Positions 20,411-29,571 of a stretch of DNA of 64,000 bases are shown piece after piece; the first letter of the stretch is position 1; every line of letters starts with the position of its first letter. The stretch comes from an uncultured Chloroflexia bacterium (GTDB lineage: Bacteria; Chloroflexota; Limnocylindria; Limnocylindrales; CSP1-4), in NCBI GenBank assembly GCA_963749705.1, contig CAVVNQ010000003.1:320001-384000 (forward strand), written 5' to 3'. Both the position numbers and the translations under genes were made by a program. The notes beneath the pieces are model-generated. The model was not told where the DNA came from. It searched no databases and was given only the letters and a program-made list of their open reading frames with translations.

Positions 20411-21613
20411 TCAGTAGCCGACGAAGCCGAGCGCCCACACCGTCCACAGCGCGTACATGTTGACCGCGATCCCGGCCACGATCGCCGCGCGCATGCCCAG
20501 CGTCAGCCCGCGGTTCACCGCGACCCATGCCAGCAGCCACCACAGGATCGGCAGCACGTCGCAGATGAACCGGTACCCGAACTGCGCGAAGCCCGGTGCG
20601 CCGTGGAGCAGGTCCGGGACGAGCACGAGACCCGCAACCAGCCAGGGGACGATGAGCACCTTCGCCCGGGCCCGGTGGAGCCATGCCAGGACCGGCATCG
20701 TGAGCAGCACCGACGCGCCCGTCCAGTTGGGACGGAACCACGGCGGGTCGGACACGATGTCGAACGTCCGGAGCAGCATCGTGTGCAGCCCGCGCGGCAG
20801 GTAGTCGATCGCGAGGATCCCGTGGTCGTACCAGGGCTCGTCGAGGACCGACGTGGGCGGGTTGCCACCCATGATCCGGGCCAGCCCGAAGTCGACCGGA
20901 TTGCCGAATCGGGCCGTGTTGTACAGGACGACGAGCGCACCGATGGGAGCGGCGGCCAGCACGAACCGCGCGATCTGCCGTCGATACAGCCACGCGAACA
21001 GGGGCAGCGCGAGCCCGACCGGGACGCGGCAGGTGACGGCGAACGCCCACAGCAGCCCGGCCGCCGCCGGGCTGCGACCGGCGATCGCGAGGCGAAGGCT
21101 GCCCATCAGGCAGGCCATCGCGAGCGTGTGCTCGACGTTGTGGGGACCCCCGGAGGTCGCCACCCAGGTCAGCTCGGACCCGAACGCGAGCCCGACCGTG
21201 AGCCAGGCCGCCTGCCGCGCGGTCCCGCCGATCTGCCGCACCAGGCCCCACGCCAGCCACACCGCCACGGCGGCCGAGATCGCCGACAGCAGGCTGGTGT
21301 CCACGACGTGCGGCCCGACCAGCGCGACGACCGGGAGGAGGACGATCGCGGGACCCGGCGCGAGCGGGACGTACCAGCCCCCGTCGGGCGCCGGGACGCT
21401 CTCCAGCCAGGGCATCGGGTCGGAGATCGAGAGGCGACCGTGGAGGAGCGCGGCGGCCAGCGGGTTGAACGGGTCGTTGTCGCCCTGGCCGGGACCGAGC
21501 AGCCAGAAGAACAGGGCCGCACCGATCGCGAGCAGCGCCCGCGCCAGTGCCTCGGCCGTGACCTGACGGCCGAGGATGCGGACCTCGTTCCGGGAGAAGC
21601 TGCGGATCGACAT
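20411..21613 (-). CDS. Multi-pass membrane protein, possible GT-C glycosyltransferase
   Basis: About 10 TM segments; YNTARFGNPVDFG and QFGYRF motifs. Confidence 0.55.
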   Translation of the reverse strand: MSIRSFSRNEVRILGRQVTAEALARALLAIGAALFFWLLGPGQGDNDPFNPLAAALLHGRLSISDPMPWLESVPAPDGGWYVPLAPGPAIVLLPVVALVGPHVVDTSLLSAISAAVAVWLAWGLVRQIGGTARQAAWLTVGLAFGSELTWVATSGGPHNVEHTLAMACLMGSLRLAIAGRSPAAAGLLWAFAVTCRVPVGLALPLFAWLYRRQIARFVLAAAPIGALVVLYNTARFGNPVDFGLARIMGGNPPTSVLDEPWYDHGILAIDYLPRGLHTMLLRTFDIVSDPPWFRPNWTGASVLLTMPVLAWLHRARAKVLIVPWLVAGLVLVPDLLHGAPGFAQFGYRFICDVLPILWWLLAWVAVNRGLTLGMRAAIVAGIAVNMYALWTVWALGFVGY

Positions 21614-21682
21614 CGTGGACCAGCGCAGTCTGCCACCGCGATCCGCTTGTGGGCGGCCCCTCCCGCGGCCCGGGGACGGTCG

Positions 21683-23125
21683 TCAGGTCCGGCGGAGGAC
21701 CTCGCGCGCCGCGTGCCAGCCGCTCATCCCGTGCACGCCCCCACCCGGCGGCGTCGAGGACGAGCACAGGAACAGCCCAGGATCCGGCGTCGTGTACGGG
21801 TTCCAGCGGAGGACCGGCCGGAACAGCAGCTGGCGGATGTCCTGGATCCCGCCGTTGATGTCACCGCCGATGTAGTTCGCGTCATACGCCTCCATCGCGG
21901 CCGGGTCACGGGTGGACCGTGCGAGGACCAGATCCCGGAAGCCGGGAGCGAAGCGCTCCACCTGTGTCTCGATCACCTCGGCCATGTCCGCGGTCGAGCC
22001 GTTCGGCACGTGGCAGTACGCCCATGCGACGTGCTTCCCCTCGGGGGCCCGCGACGGATCCGCGATGGTCGGCTGGACGAGCAGCACGAACGGGCGATCG
22101 GTGGTTCGGCCCCGCGAGATCGCGGCCTCTCCCCGGGCCATCTCGTCCAGCGTGCCGCCCAGGTGCACCGTCCCGGCCCGCGCCGTGCGCGCGTCCTGCC
22201 ATGGGATCGGGCCGTCGAGCGCCCAATCAACCTTGAACACGCCCGGCCCGTACCGATACCGCTCGAGCCCGCGTCGATAGCCGCCGGCCAGCCGGTCGCC
22301 GGCGATGGCCAGCACCTGGCGCGGCGTGAGGTCCATGACGATCGTTCGCGCCGGGGGCAGCCCGGCCAGCGACTCGACCCGGTGGCCGGTCACGATCTGG
22401 ACCCCCAGCGATCGGGCTTCGGCCTCGAGCATGTCCACGATCCGCCCGCTGCCGCCTCGAGCCACCGGCCACCCGACGGCGTGCGCGAGCGCCGCGAGCA
22501 CGAGCCCGAACGTACCCGTGAGCGGGCGGTCGAGGCGCAGCATCGAGTGGGCGGCGAGGCCCGCGAACAGCGCTCGCGTTCCGGCGTCGCGAAACGCGAG
22601 CCGGGTGAGCGCCGTGGCCGGCAGCAGGCCGGGCAGCCCGAAGCGGGCCATCAGGATCGGATGGCGCGGCGGCCTGACGACCGGACCGAGCACCGCGGGC
22701 ATCAGCCGCTCCCATTCGCGAACCAGGGGACCCACCAGGCGCCGCCAGGCGGTCGCGTCGCGGGCGGACCAGCCCGACGCATCGAGGGCGTCGAGATCGC
22801 GCTCGAGGAGGACGCTCCGGCCCGGCGTGAGCGCGTGCGCCACGGGCGCCTCGGGCTGCACCCACTCGAGGCCGTGGCGGGCCGCGTCCAGGCTGCGCAT
22901 GAACGGTGACGCGAGCGCCAGCGGGTGGACCGCCGAGCACGGGTCGTGGATGAAGCCAGGCAGCGTCAGCTCGGCGGAGCGCGACCCGCCGCCGACCGTG
23001 TCGGCGGCTTCGTACAGGCGGACCGAACGACCGGCCCGGGCCAGCTCGATCGCGGCGGCGAGCCCGTTTGGCCCGCCGCCGATCACGATCGCGTCGAGTG
23101 CGCTCGAGCCGCCTCCGGCAGTCAT
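21683..23125 (-). CDS. FAD-dependent oxidoreductase, phytoene desaturase-like
   Basis: GGGPNGLAAA, HDPCSAVHP and CSSSTPPGGGVHGMSG motifs. Confidence 0.88.
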   Translation of the reverse strand: MTAGGGSSALDAIVIGGGPNGLAAAIELARAGRSVRLYEAADTVGGGSRSAELTLPGFIHDPCSAVHPLALASPFMRSLDAARHGLEWVQPEAPVAHALTPGRSVLLERDLDALDASGWSARDATAWRRLVGPLVREWERLMPAVLGPVVRPPRHPILMARFGLPGLLPATALTRLAFRDAGTRALFAGLAAHSMLRLDRPLTGTFGLVLAALAHAVGWPVARGGSGRIVDMLEAEARSLGVQIVTGHRVESLAGLPPARTIVMDLTPRQVLAIAGDRLAGGYRRGLERYRYGPGVFKVDWALDGPIPWQDARTARAGTVHLGGTLDEMARGEAAISRGRTTDRPFVLLVQPTIADPSRAPEGKHVAWAYCHVPNGSTADMAEVIETQVERFAPGFRDLVLARSTRDPAAMEAYDANYIGGDINGGIQDIRQLLFRPVLRWNPYTTPDPGLFLCSSSTPPGGGVHGMSGWHAAREVLRRT

Positions 23126-23144
23126 GTGCCCATGGTGACGGCGA

Positions 23145-23915
23145 TCAGCCGACCGCGCGCCGCCGACGAACCCACCTGGCCGGTGCCGTGACCGTGCCGA
23201 TCGCCATGTTCACGGCGGCGCTGTGGCGCAGGTTGCGGACGTACCGCCACTGTCGCTTGCGATCGACGCACACCTTGCGCGCGGTCACCTCGGGCACAAC
23301 GACGCCAACGGCGCGCGCCAGGTTCTCCAGCGTCTGCTCCCAGAAGTGGTCGTTGGAGCGGTTGGCGCCGAACATGTAGGTGAGCTCGATGAACGGGTCG
23401 CTGGTGCGCTCCAGCGCCTGCGCCTGGGCGATGGTCGTGTCGCCGTCGCGGAAGGCCGAGAACGTGATCCAGGCCGACAGGGCGTGGCCCTCGGGCGTCA
23501 TGAACGTGAACGACTCGTTGTCGGCATAGATGACCATCACGCCGGTCGACATCTTGACCGGCGATCCGGGCACCGGCGCGATCTCGAGCAGGGCGACCTC
23601 GCCGGGCTTGATCCCGGACAGCGGTGCATAGAACCGCGCGCCCTTGGGCCAGAAGGTCGGGAAGCGCTCCTTCCAGAACGCGACCAGCGCCTCGGGCGTC
23701 ATGTCCACGCCGTCGAGACGGACGCTGAACGTCTTCTGCCACATCTGGCCGAAGCCCTGGACGGGCCCGGCGACACGGCGCCCGGTGACCGTGTCCATGC
23801 CGGTGGTGACGGCCGTCGTCGACAGCCTGGTGACGGGGTGCGCCCAGGCGTCCGTATCGCGACGGGCCGGGTTGGTGGCGGTGTCGGTGGGGGGATTGGT
23901 GGGGGACGCGGACAT
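23145..23915 (-). CDS. Hypothetical protein at the end of the STAS/PP2C operon
   Basis: GGAGG RBS before MSASPTN; contains QGFGQMWQKT and TPEGH...AWITFS; co-oriented directly after the STAS genes. Confidence 0.7.
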   Translation of the reverse strand: MSASPTNPPTDTATNPARRDTDAWAHPVTRLSTTAVTTGMDTVTGRRVAGPVQGFGQMWQKTFSVRLDGVDMTPEALVAFWKERFPTFWPKGARFYAPLSGIKPGEVALLEIAPVPGSPVKMSTGVMVIYADNESFTFMTPEGHALSAWITFSAFRDGDTTIAQAQALERTSDPFIELTYMFGANRSNDHFWEQTLENLARAVGVVVPEVTARKVCVDRKRQWRYVRNLRHSAAVNMAIGTVTAPARWVRRRRAVG

Positions 23916-23937
23916 CTCGTTACCTCCGATCGTCCGG

Positions 23938-24279
23938 TCAGGCCGAGGCGGCCGCGAGCGCGGCGCTCTCGTCGTCGTGGATACCGATCGCCTCGTCAAG
24001 GCGTGTCAGGGCCAGGATCTGGCGGTAGTGGTCGGACAGCCCGATCGCGTGCAGCCGCTGTCCCGCGCGCTGCGCCCGGACAAGGAGCGTGACCAGGAGG
24101 CCGATGCCACCGCTGTTCATGTACTCGAGGTCGCCGAAGTCGAGGACGACCGAGCGGACACCGGACCCGGCCCGGCCGTAGGCGTCCATCAGCACCTCCT
24201 CGCTGGCGCCCGTGATCTCGCCGTGGATCCGCAGGATGGTCGCCGACCCCGCGGGCACGATGTCGATGGTGGTGCTCAT
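23938..24279 (-). CDS. STAS anti-sigma-factor antagonist (RsbV/SpoIIAA-like)
   Basis: LDFGDLEYMNSGGIGLLV with the phospho-acceptor Ser; YRQILALTRL. Confidence 0.9.
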   Translation of the reverse strand: MSTTIDIVPAGSATILRIHGEITGASEEVLMDAYGRAGSGVRSVVLDFGDLEYMNSGGIGLLVTLLVRAQRAGQRLHAIGLSDHYRQILALTRLDEAIGIHDDESAALAAASA

Positions 24280-24638
24280 CGAGCCGCCTCCTCAAGCTGG
24301 CCGGCCGCGGGCTCCGGGTCGGCGATGGTCAGGTAGTCCGAGAGCCGGGTGATCCGGAAGATCTCCCGGTAGTGGTCCGAGAGGCCGACCGCGATGACCT
24401 CGCGATGGTCGCGCCGCGCCTCGGCCAGGAGCCGGACGATGAGCGCGATGCCGGTCGAGTTGATGTAGTCCACGGTCCCGAAGTCGAGCACCAGGCGCGT
24501 GGCGCCGGCATCGACCGCCGCCCGATAGGCGCCGCTCAATGTCTCGTCGGCCGCGATGTCCACGTCGCCGCGCATCGCGAGGCGGACCTCCCCCGGGCTT
24601 GCCGCGATGACCTCGATGTCGAGTCGTTGCTTGTCCAT
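24276..24638 (-). CDS. STAS anti-sigma-factor antagonist (second copy)
   Basis: LDFGTVDYINSTGIALIV; YREIFRITRL. Confidence 0.9.
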   Translation of the reverse strand: MDKQRLDIEVIAASPGEVRLAMRGDVDIAADETLSGAYRAAVDAGATRLVLDFGTVDYINSTGIALIVRLLAEARRDHREVIAVGLSDHYREIFRITRLSDYLTIADPEPAAGQLEEAAR

Positions 24639-24653
24639 CGTGGTTCTCCCTCT

Positions 24654-26297
24654 TCAGCGCCCGTCCCGGGCGAGGGTGAGCGTGACCGTCTGCAGCCCAT
24701 CGGCGAAGTGCACGTCCATCCCGTCCACCATGTGGCGGATCAGGAACAGCCCCCAGCCACGCGGCTTCTGACGGCCCTCGAGCTTGGCATCGAGATCAGG
24801 CGCCTCGACATCGGGCACCGGACCGGACAGGGCGCGGTCGGTGACACGCACCCGGATCTCCCTGGCATCCGCGTCCACGCGGACGTCGACCGGGATGTCG
24901 GGGTTGCCCTGTGACCCGTACTCGATCGCGTTCATCACCGTCTCAGCGACCGCGGTCTTGAGCCGTTCCAGACGGCTCTCGGTGAGTCCGAGCGGTGCCA
25001 CGGCCTTGGCCACGCGCGTCATCGCGTCGCGCTCGTTGCCGATCGCACCCTCGATCGTGAACGCGATCAGGGCGTCGTCCGACGCGGTGGGCGCCGGTGC
25101 GTCATCGCGCGTCAGCTCGACCTCGGGGCGCACCTCGGACCAGCCGGCGGTGCCCGCGGAGCGCTGGAGAGCGACCAGCGTGATGTCGTCCTCCTGCTCG
25201 ATGACCGGACCCTGGAACTCCTTTAGCCCGACCAGCAGCCGGTCCAGCAGCTCGGTGCCGGCGTCGTCACCCTCCATCGCCTGGCGCAGACGAGGGAAGC
25301 CGTACATCTCGCGGTCCGGTCCGTGCTGCTCCACGACCCCGTCCGAGTAGAGGAGCATCCCCTCGCCCGGTCCGACGACGCCCTCGGCCTCCTCGTAGGT
25401 GATGTCCGGCATCAACCCCAGCGGCAGCCCGGTCGCCCGGAGCTCCGTGACGCCGCCCTCGGTTCGGACGTAGGGCAGGTTGTGACCGGCATTGGCGAAC
25501 CGGAAGCGGCCGACCGCTGGCTCCAGGACGCCATACAGGCAGGTCACGAACATCTTGGCCGGCATCTCGGGGACCAGCAGCTCGTTCGCACGAGCGAGCA
25601 CCTTGCCGGGGTCGACCAGGCGGGGGGCCTCGGCCCGGAGGATCGAGTGTGTCCGGGCCATGACGAGGGCGGCCGGGACGCCCTTGTCGGTGACGTCGCC
25701 GACGACGACACCGATACGGCCATCGCCGAGGTCGATGAAATCGTAGAAGTCGCCGCCGACGACCCGTGCCGGGCCGTAGTAGGCCGCGATCTGCCACTCC
25801 GGCAGGTTGGGCAGCTGGCGCGGCAGGAACTGCTGCTGGATGAGCTGCGCGACCTTGAGCTCCTGCTCGTAGCGCTCGCGCTCCGCGGCCTCGGCGGCCT
25901 GCTCGCGCACCAGCTGGGCGACGCGGATCGCGGGCGCTGCCTGCGCGGCGAGCGTCGCCAGGAGCCGGCGGTCATCCGTCGAGTAGTCCTGCTCGGAGAG
26001 GCGGGGCCCGAGGTTGAGGGTCCCGATGAGCTCGCCCTGGGTGACCAGCGGCACGACCAGCGCGACGCCGGCGTCGCGCAGCGCCTGGAGCGCCGGCGAC
26101 GCGAGCTCCAGCTTCGACAGATCGACCGGACCGGGCGCCGCCTGCAGGAACGCGAACAGCGGATCGGTCTCGGGGATGTCGATCGCCACGCCGGGCTGGT
26201 CGACCAGGGTCGGTGCCGCGGCGGCGGGCGCCGCCTCGTCGACCGCCTGGGCGTGTCCGCTGCGGAGACGGCGGAATGGACGGGTCAGGGCTGTCAT
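24654..26297 (-). CDS. Partial GAF + SpoIIE/RsbU PP2C phosphatase + RsbW-like HATPase domain
   Basis: VVPLVTQGELIGTLNL...LLATLAAQAA (GAF C-part); VGGDFYD, GDVTDKGVPAA, NAGH, LYSDGV and EDDIT (PP2C); AVAETVMNAIEYG and RGWGLFLI (HATPase_c). Alternative start at 26315. Confidence 0.9.
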   Translation of the reverse strand: MTALTRPFRRLRSGHAQAVDEAAPAAAAPTLVDQPGVAIDIPETDPLFAFLQAAPGPVDLSKLELASPALQALRDAGVALVVPLVTQGELIGTLNLGPRLSEQDYSTDDRRLLATLAAQAAPAIRVAQLVREQAAEAAERERYEQELKVAQLIQQQFLPRQLPNLPEWQIAAYYGPARVVGGDFYDFIDLGDGRIGVVVGDVTDKGVPAALVMARTHSILRAEAPRLVDPGKVLARANELLVPEMPAKMFVTCLYGVLEPAVGRFRFANAGHNLPYVRTEGGVTELRATGLPLGLMPDITYEEAEGVVGPGEGMLLYSDGVVEQHGPDREMYGFPRLRQAMEGDDAGTELLDRLLVGLKEFQGPVIEQEDDITLVALQRSAGTAGWSEVRPEVELTRDDAPAPTASDDALIAFTIEGAIGNERDAMTRVAKAVAPLGLTESRLERLKTAVAETVMNAIEYGSQGNPDIPVDVRVDADAREIRVRVTDRALSGPVPDVEAPDLDAKLEGRQKPRGWGLFLIRHMVDGMDVHFADGLQTVTLTLARDGR

Positions 26298-26395
26298 GGC
26301 CGCATCCTCATGCATGAACGTCCGGACATCGTTACGAACAACCGTGATTGTTCAACATCGTCACGCACCGCCGAGTCGTCAATGGTGAACGTCAC
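26294..26395 (-). CDS. Possible 33-aa coupling micro-ORF (VTFTIDDSAVRDDVEQSRLFVTMSGRSCMRMRP)
   Basis: GTG overlaps the sensor A stop (GTGA) and TGA overlaps the PP2C ATG (ATGA). It spans the operator, so it may be fortuitous. Confidence 0.25.
   Translation of the reverse strand: MTFTIDDSAVRDDVEQSRLFVTMSGRSCMRMRP
26319..26336 (-). promoter_or_regulatory. Heptamer direct-repeat operator, copy 1 (CGTAACG-atgt-CCGGACG)
   Basis: Followed 9 nt later by GAGGAT (-10-like), then 6 nt to the PP2C ATG. Matches copies 2 and 3. Confidence 0.65.
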
Positions 26396-27588
26396 TGCCC
26401 TGCCTCCTGCCGGCTGCGCAGCCACAGCCCCGCGTGGATCGGACGGACCGTCTCGTCGACGGTGGCCAGTGCCTCGCGCTCGATGGACGCCAGCCCGACC
26501 TCGTCCCGCAGACGCTCGGCAAAGGCATCGACGGTGCGCTGCCCGTCGTACCTGGCCCGGTCGAACCGGCGGTCGACCCCAGCCTGGATCCGCCGCCGCA
26601 AGGGCTGGAACAGCGCGAACGCGACCAGCGTGGACCCGGCGACCGCCAGCGTCTCGCCCTGGGTGAACCCCGCGAGCAGCGCCTGCAGGGCGAGCACCAG
26701 ACCTACGAACACCGCCGCCAGGATCCCGGTCACCAGCGCCCAGCCGATCGTGCGGCTGATGAGCCGGTCGATCTCGTACAGCCGGTACCGGAGGACCGCG
26801 ATGCCGATGGCGATGGGGAGGAAGGCGAAGGCGAGCATCAGCAGCGACCATGACCAGGTGTTCTGGAACATGGCGAGAACCAGCACCGACGCGGCGAGCA
26901 GGACGATCCCTGCCACGAACCACTTGAGCTGCTCGCGCTCGGCCCCAGCAGCCCTGCGGAACCGCATCACGACTGCGCCGACGGCGACCGCGAGCAGGAT
27001 CCCCATGGTGACCGTGGCCGCGCCCCCGATCAGCCTCAGAACGCCTTCATCCGAGCCTGTGGGGGTGACGAGGGCGACGGTTGTGATCGCGGCCACCACG
27101 CCCACGATCCGCCACCGAGGTCCTGGTAGCCGCCCATCCGGGAACAGGAGCGGGAGCCACACGGCCAGGAGTGGGTACGCGAGCCCCGAGAGCGTGGGCG
27201 CCAGCGAGTCAAGCAGCCGATATCCGGGAAGGGCTGGCCCAACGATCGTGCTTCGCTCCACGTAGGCTTCCGTGAAGTCCCCGAGAATCAGGCTCACCCC
27301 CCCGACCAGCAGGATCCAGCCGATCGGATTGCGCGGTCGAAGCACCACGAGGATCGCTCCGACGACGGGCAGGCTCAGAGAAGCCGCAACGGACGAGGCG
27401 ATGGCGATGAGGTCCGTCGCGTCCTGCGCGCCAATGGACAGCTGCTCGTGTCCCGGCAGGATGGCCGAGGCGAACATGAACCCCACCATGCCCAGGGCGA
27501 TGAGGAGCAGGGCGACCGCGAGCCAGGTGGTGGGCCGGCGTCGGGCGGGGACGGCAGGTTCGGGGCGGGTGACGCGGGCTGCCGTCAC
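26392..27588 (-). CDS. Membrane sensor paralog A (multi-TM, ends with a GAF N-terminal fragment, no output domain)
   Basis: RPRNPIGW, LFPDGRLPGPRWR, REQLKWF, LRYRLYEIDRLISRT, RRRIQAGVDRRFDR and terminal VRPIHAGLWLR. Confidence 0.85.
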   Translation of the reverse strand: MTAARVTRPEPAVPARRRPTTWLAVALLLIALGMVGFMFASAILPGHEQLSIGAQDATDLIAIASSVAASLSLPVVGAILVVLRPRNPIGWILLVGGVSLILGDFTEAYVERSTIVGPALPGYRLLDSLAPTLSGLAYPLLAVWLPLLFPDGRLPGPRWRIVGVVAAITTVALVTPTGSDEGVLRLIGGAATVTMGILLAVAVGAVVMRFRRAAGAEREQLKWFVAGIVLLAASVLVLAMFQNTWSWSLLMLAFAFLPIAIGIAVLRYRLYEIDRLISRTIGWALVTGILAAVFVGLVLALQALLAGFTQGETLAVAGSTLVAFALFQPLRRRIQAGVDRRFDRARYDGQRTVDAFAERLRDEVGLASIEREALATVDETVRPIHAGLWLRSRQEAGQ

Positions 27589-28802
27589 CGGCCCGCCCCC
27601 TGGCGCTCGCGCAGCCACAGCCCGACCGCGGCCGGACGCACGGCAGCGTCGACCGTGGCCGGGACCTCGGCCCGAATGGTCTCGAGATCGACCTGGTCGC
27701 GCAGCCGCTCGCTGAACGCCCCGACGAGCTGCTGCCCGTCGTACCGGGCCCGGTCGAACCGGCGGTCGACCCCAGCCTGGATCCGCCGCCGCAGGGGCTG
27801 GAACAGCGCGAACGCCGCCAGGGTGGACGCCGCCACCGCGAGCGTCTCGCCCTGGGTGACGCCAGCCAACAGCGCCTGCAGCCCGATCACCAGACCTACG
27901 AACACGGCCGCCAGGATCCCGGTCACCAGCGCCCAGCCGATGGTCCGGCTGATCAGCCGGTCGATGTCGTACAGCCGGTACCGCAGGATCGCGATGCCGA
28001 TGGCGATGGGGATCGCGATCATCCCGAGCATGAAGAGGTAGAAGGCCAGCTCATTGCCCGTCGCTCCGGCGATGGGGAGCACGATCGCCATGTAGCCGGC
28101 GGCCGCCAGGAACCACTTGAGCTGCTGGCGCTCGGGACCGCGGGATCGCCGGTAACGAACGATCACTGCCGCGATCGCCACGAGGATCCCGACGAGGAAG
28201 AAGACGCCCAGCGCCTTGAGGGCATCGGTCACGGGACCGTCGGCGGCAATCGGGTTGGGCAGGATCCCGTCGGTCGTCAGCGCCTCGACCGCGACCTGAC
28301 TGGCGGTACCGATGGCGGCCACCCAGGCGACAGGGCGCCAGTGCGAGCCTGGCAGGTGACCATCCGGGAACAACATGGGGACCCAGATCACGGCCAGCCC
28401 GACTGCAGCGGTGATCGACCAGGAAGCAACCCAGTCGACCAGGCGATAGCCGGGCAGGTCGGCACCCAGCCCGACGCTCCGACCGACATACTCCCAGGAG
28501 AAGACGTAGATGGAGAAGCCGAACCCGATCAGGAGGAACAGCCAGCCGATCGGGTTGGATGGCTGGCGAACGGCGAGGATCGCGCCAACGGCAGGCGACG
28601 TGAGGAGCACGCCCAGCACGACCGGGGCACTGACCGGCCCGAGCGGGTTGGTCTCGCCAGGTCGACCGGCCAGCTGCTCGGTACCTGGCAGGACCGCGAG
28701 GACGAACGCGAAGCACACCATTCCGACGGTGCTCGCCAGCAGGACGCCGGCAGCCCAGACCCCAGGCCGTCGCCACGTTGTCCCGGAGAGACCGCCGGTC
28801 AT
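27585..28802 (-). CDS. Membrane sensor paralog B
   Basis: Same motifs as A, ending VRPAAVGLWLRERQGAGR. Its stop overlaps the GTG of A. Confidence 0.85.
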   Translation of the reverse strand: MTGGLSGTTWRRPGVWAAGVLLASTVGMVCFAFVLAVLPGTEQLAGRPGETNPLGPVSAPVVLGVLLTSPAVGAILAVRQPSNPIGWLFLLIGFGFSIYVFSWEYVGRSVGLGADLPGYRLVDWVASWSITAAVGLAVIWVPMLFPDGHLPGSHWRPVAWVAAIGTASQVAVEALTTDGILPNPIAADGPVTDALKALGVFFLVGILVAIAAVIVRYRRSRGPERQQLKWFLAAAGYMAIVLPIAGATGNELAFYLFMLGMIAIPIAIGIAILRYRLYDIDRLISRTIGWALVTGILAAVFVGLVIGLQALLAGVTQGETLAVAASTLAAFALFQPLRRRIQAGVDRRFDRARYDGQQLVGAFSERLRDQVDLETIRAEVPATVDAAVRPAAVGLWLRERQGAGR

Positions 28803-28864
28803 CGTCGGCTGCGGTTGAGCGGCTGCTTCGGCTGGCGCGCCACAGGCGCCTCGTTCATCGGCAT
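28799..28864 (-). CDS. 21-aa leader micro-ORF (MPMNEAPVARQPKQPLNRSRR)
   Basis: AGGAGG SD 7 nt before the ATG; TGA overlaps the ATG of paralog B (ATGA). Confidence 0.5.
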   Translation of the reverse strand: MPMNEAPVARQPKQPLNRSRR

Positions 28865-28951
28865 CGGTGGACCTCCTGCGCGGATGCCGCGCGCATCGCC
28901 TGGACACCCATGGTCGGCCGCCATCGCAACCCCTGACCTCGCTGGGGGCAC

Positions 28952-28986
28952 GCCCGGGCCCTCATGTTCCTCAGGAGGGCCCGGGC
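28952..28986 (-). terminator. GC-rich hairpin downstream of the secreted-protein gene
   Basis: GCCCGGGCCCTC-N11-GAGGGCCCGGGC, a 12-bp inverted repeat with no U-tract. Confidence 0.45.
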
Positions 28987-29013
28987 CGTTCCCTATCGCG
29001 GGCGAGAGGTGAC

Positions 29014-29433
29014 CTACACGTGAGTGCCGAGAGCCGCCGTGTAGATCTGGACCGCCGCGGGGAACCAGTCGCCGAGATGGTCGACCCCCTTGCCGTCAGC
29101 GGCGTGCTTGTCCATGGCCGGCGTGCCTTCGGCAATGGTGTGGTTACCGATGAAGATCGAGAACTCGTTCGGCATACCCGCCGCCCTCGCCTCGCCGACA
29201 GCCCACGCGAGCTGGCTGTCCGACAGGGGTGGAAGGCCGGTCTCGTCGGCCAGGAGCCCAAACAGCTCAGACAGGCTCCCGATGTAGACCCACGCACGCG
29301 AGTGGGTGCCTGCCGTCACGGTGCCAGTATCCGACCGGCTGGCGATGAAGCACTCGTGTCCGAGCGCGGTTCCGGCGCCGAGGGTGGCGATCAGCGTTCC
29401 GGCGAGGATCGAGCGGGCGAGAATGCGACGCAT
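29014..29433 (-). CDS. Small secreted hypothetical protein (139 aa)
   Basis: GGAGG RBS; signal peptide MRRILARSILAGTLIATLGAGTALG|HECF; C-terminal DGKGVDH. Confidence 0.75.
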   Translation of the reverse strand: MRRILARSILAGTLIATLGAGTALGHECFIASRSDTGTVTAGTHSRAWVYIGSLSELFGLLADETGLPPLSDSQLAWAVGEARAAGMPNEFSIFIGNHTIAEGTPAMDKHAADGKGVDHLGDWFPAAVQIYTAALGTHV

Positions 29434-29496
29434 CGGTGGCCTCCAGCTGCGGCAGCTCCAGGGGGCGGGCTGCGTAGCCAGAGTCAACCGGTCGCG

Positions 29497-29514
29497 CGTC
29501 CCGAAATCGTTACG
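29497..29514 (-). promoter_or_regulatory. Heptamer direct-repeat operator, copy 2 (CGTAACG-attt-CGGGACG)
   Basis: Upstream of the secreted-protein gene; TTGACT 9 nt downstream. Confidence 0.65.
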
Positions 29515-29571
29515 GAGGCCAGGATCTTGGGTTGCGCATCGCGGACCGCTTGAGGCGCTAGACGCGACGAA

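Noticed and set aside
26294-26400. Sensor A and the PP2C gene as one frameshifted pseudogene
   Set aside because: All four paralogs stop at the same point. The gap contains an operator and a -10-like hexamer, and the PP2C has its own start and N-terminal leader.
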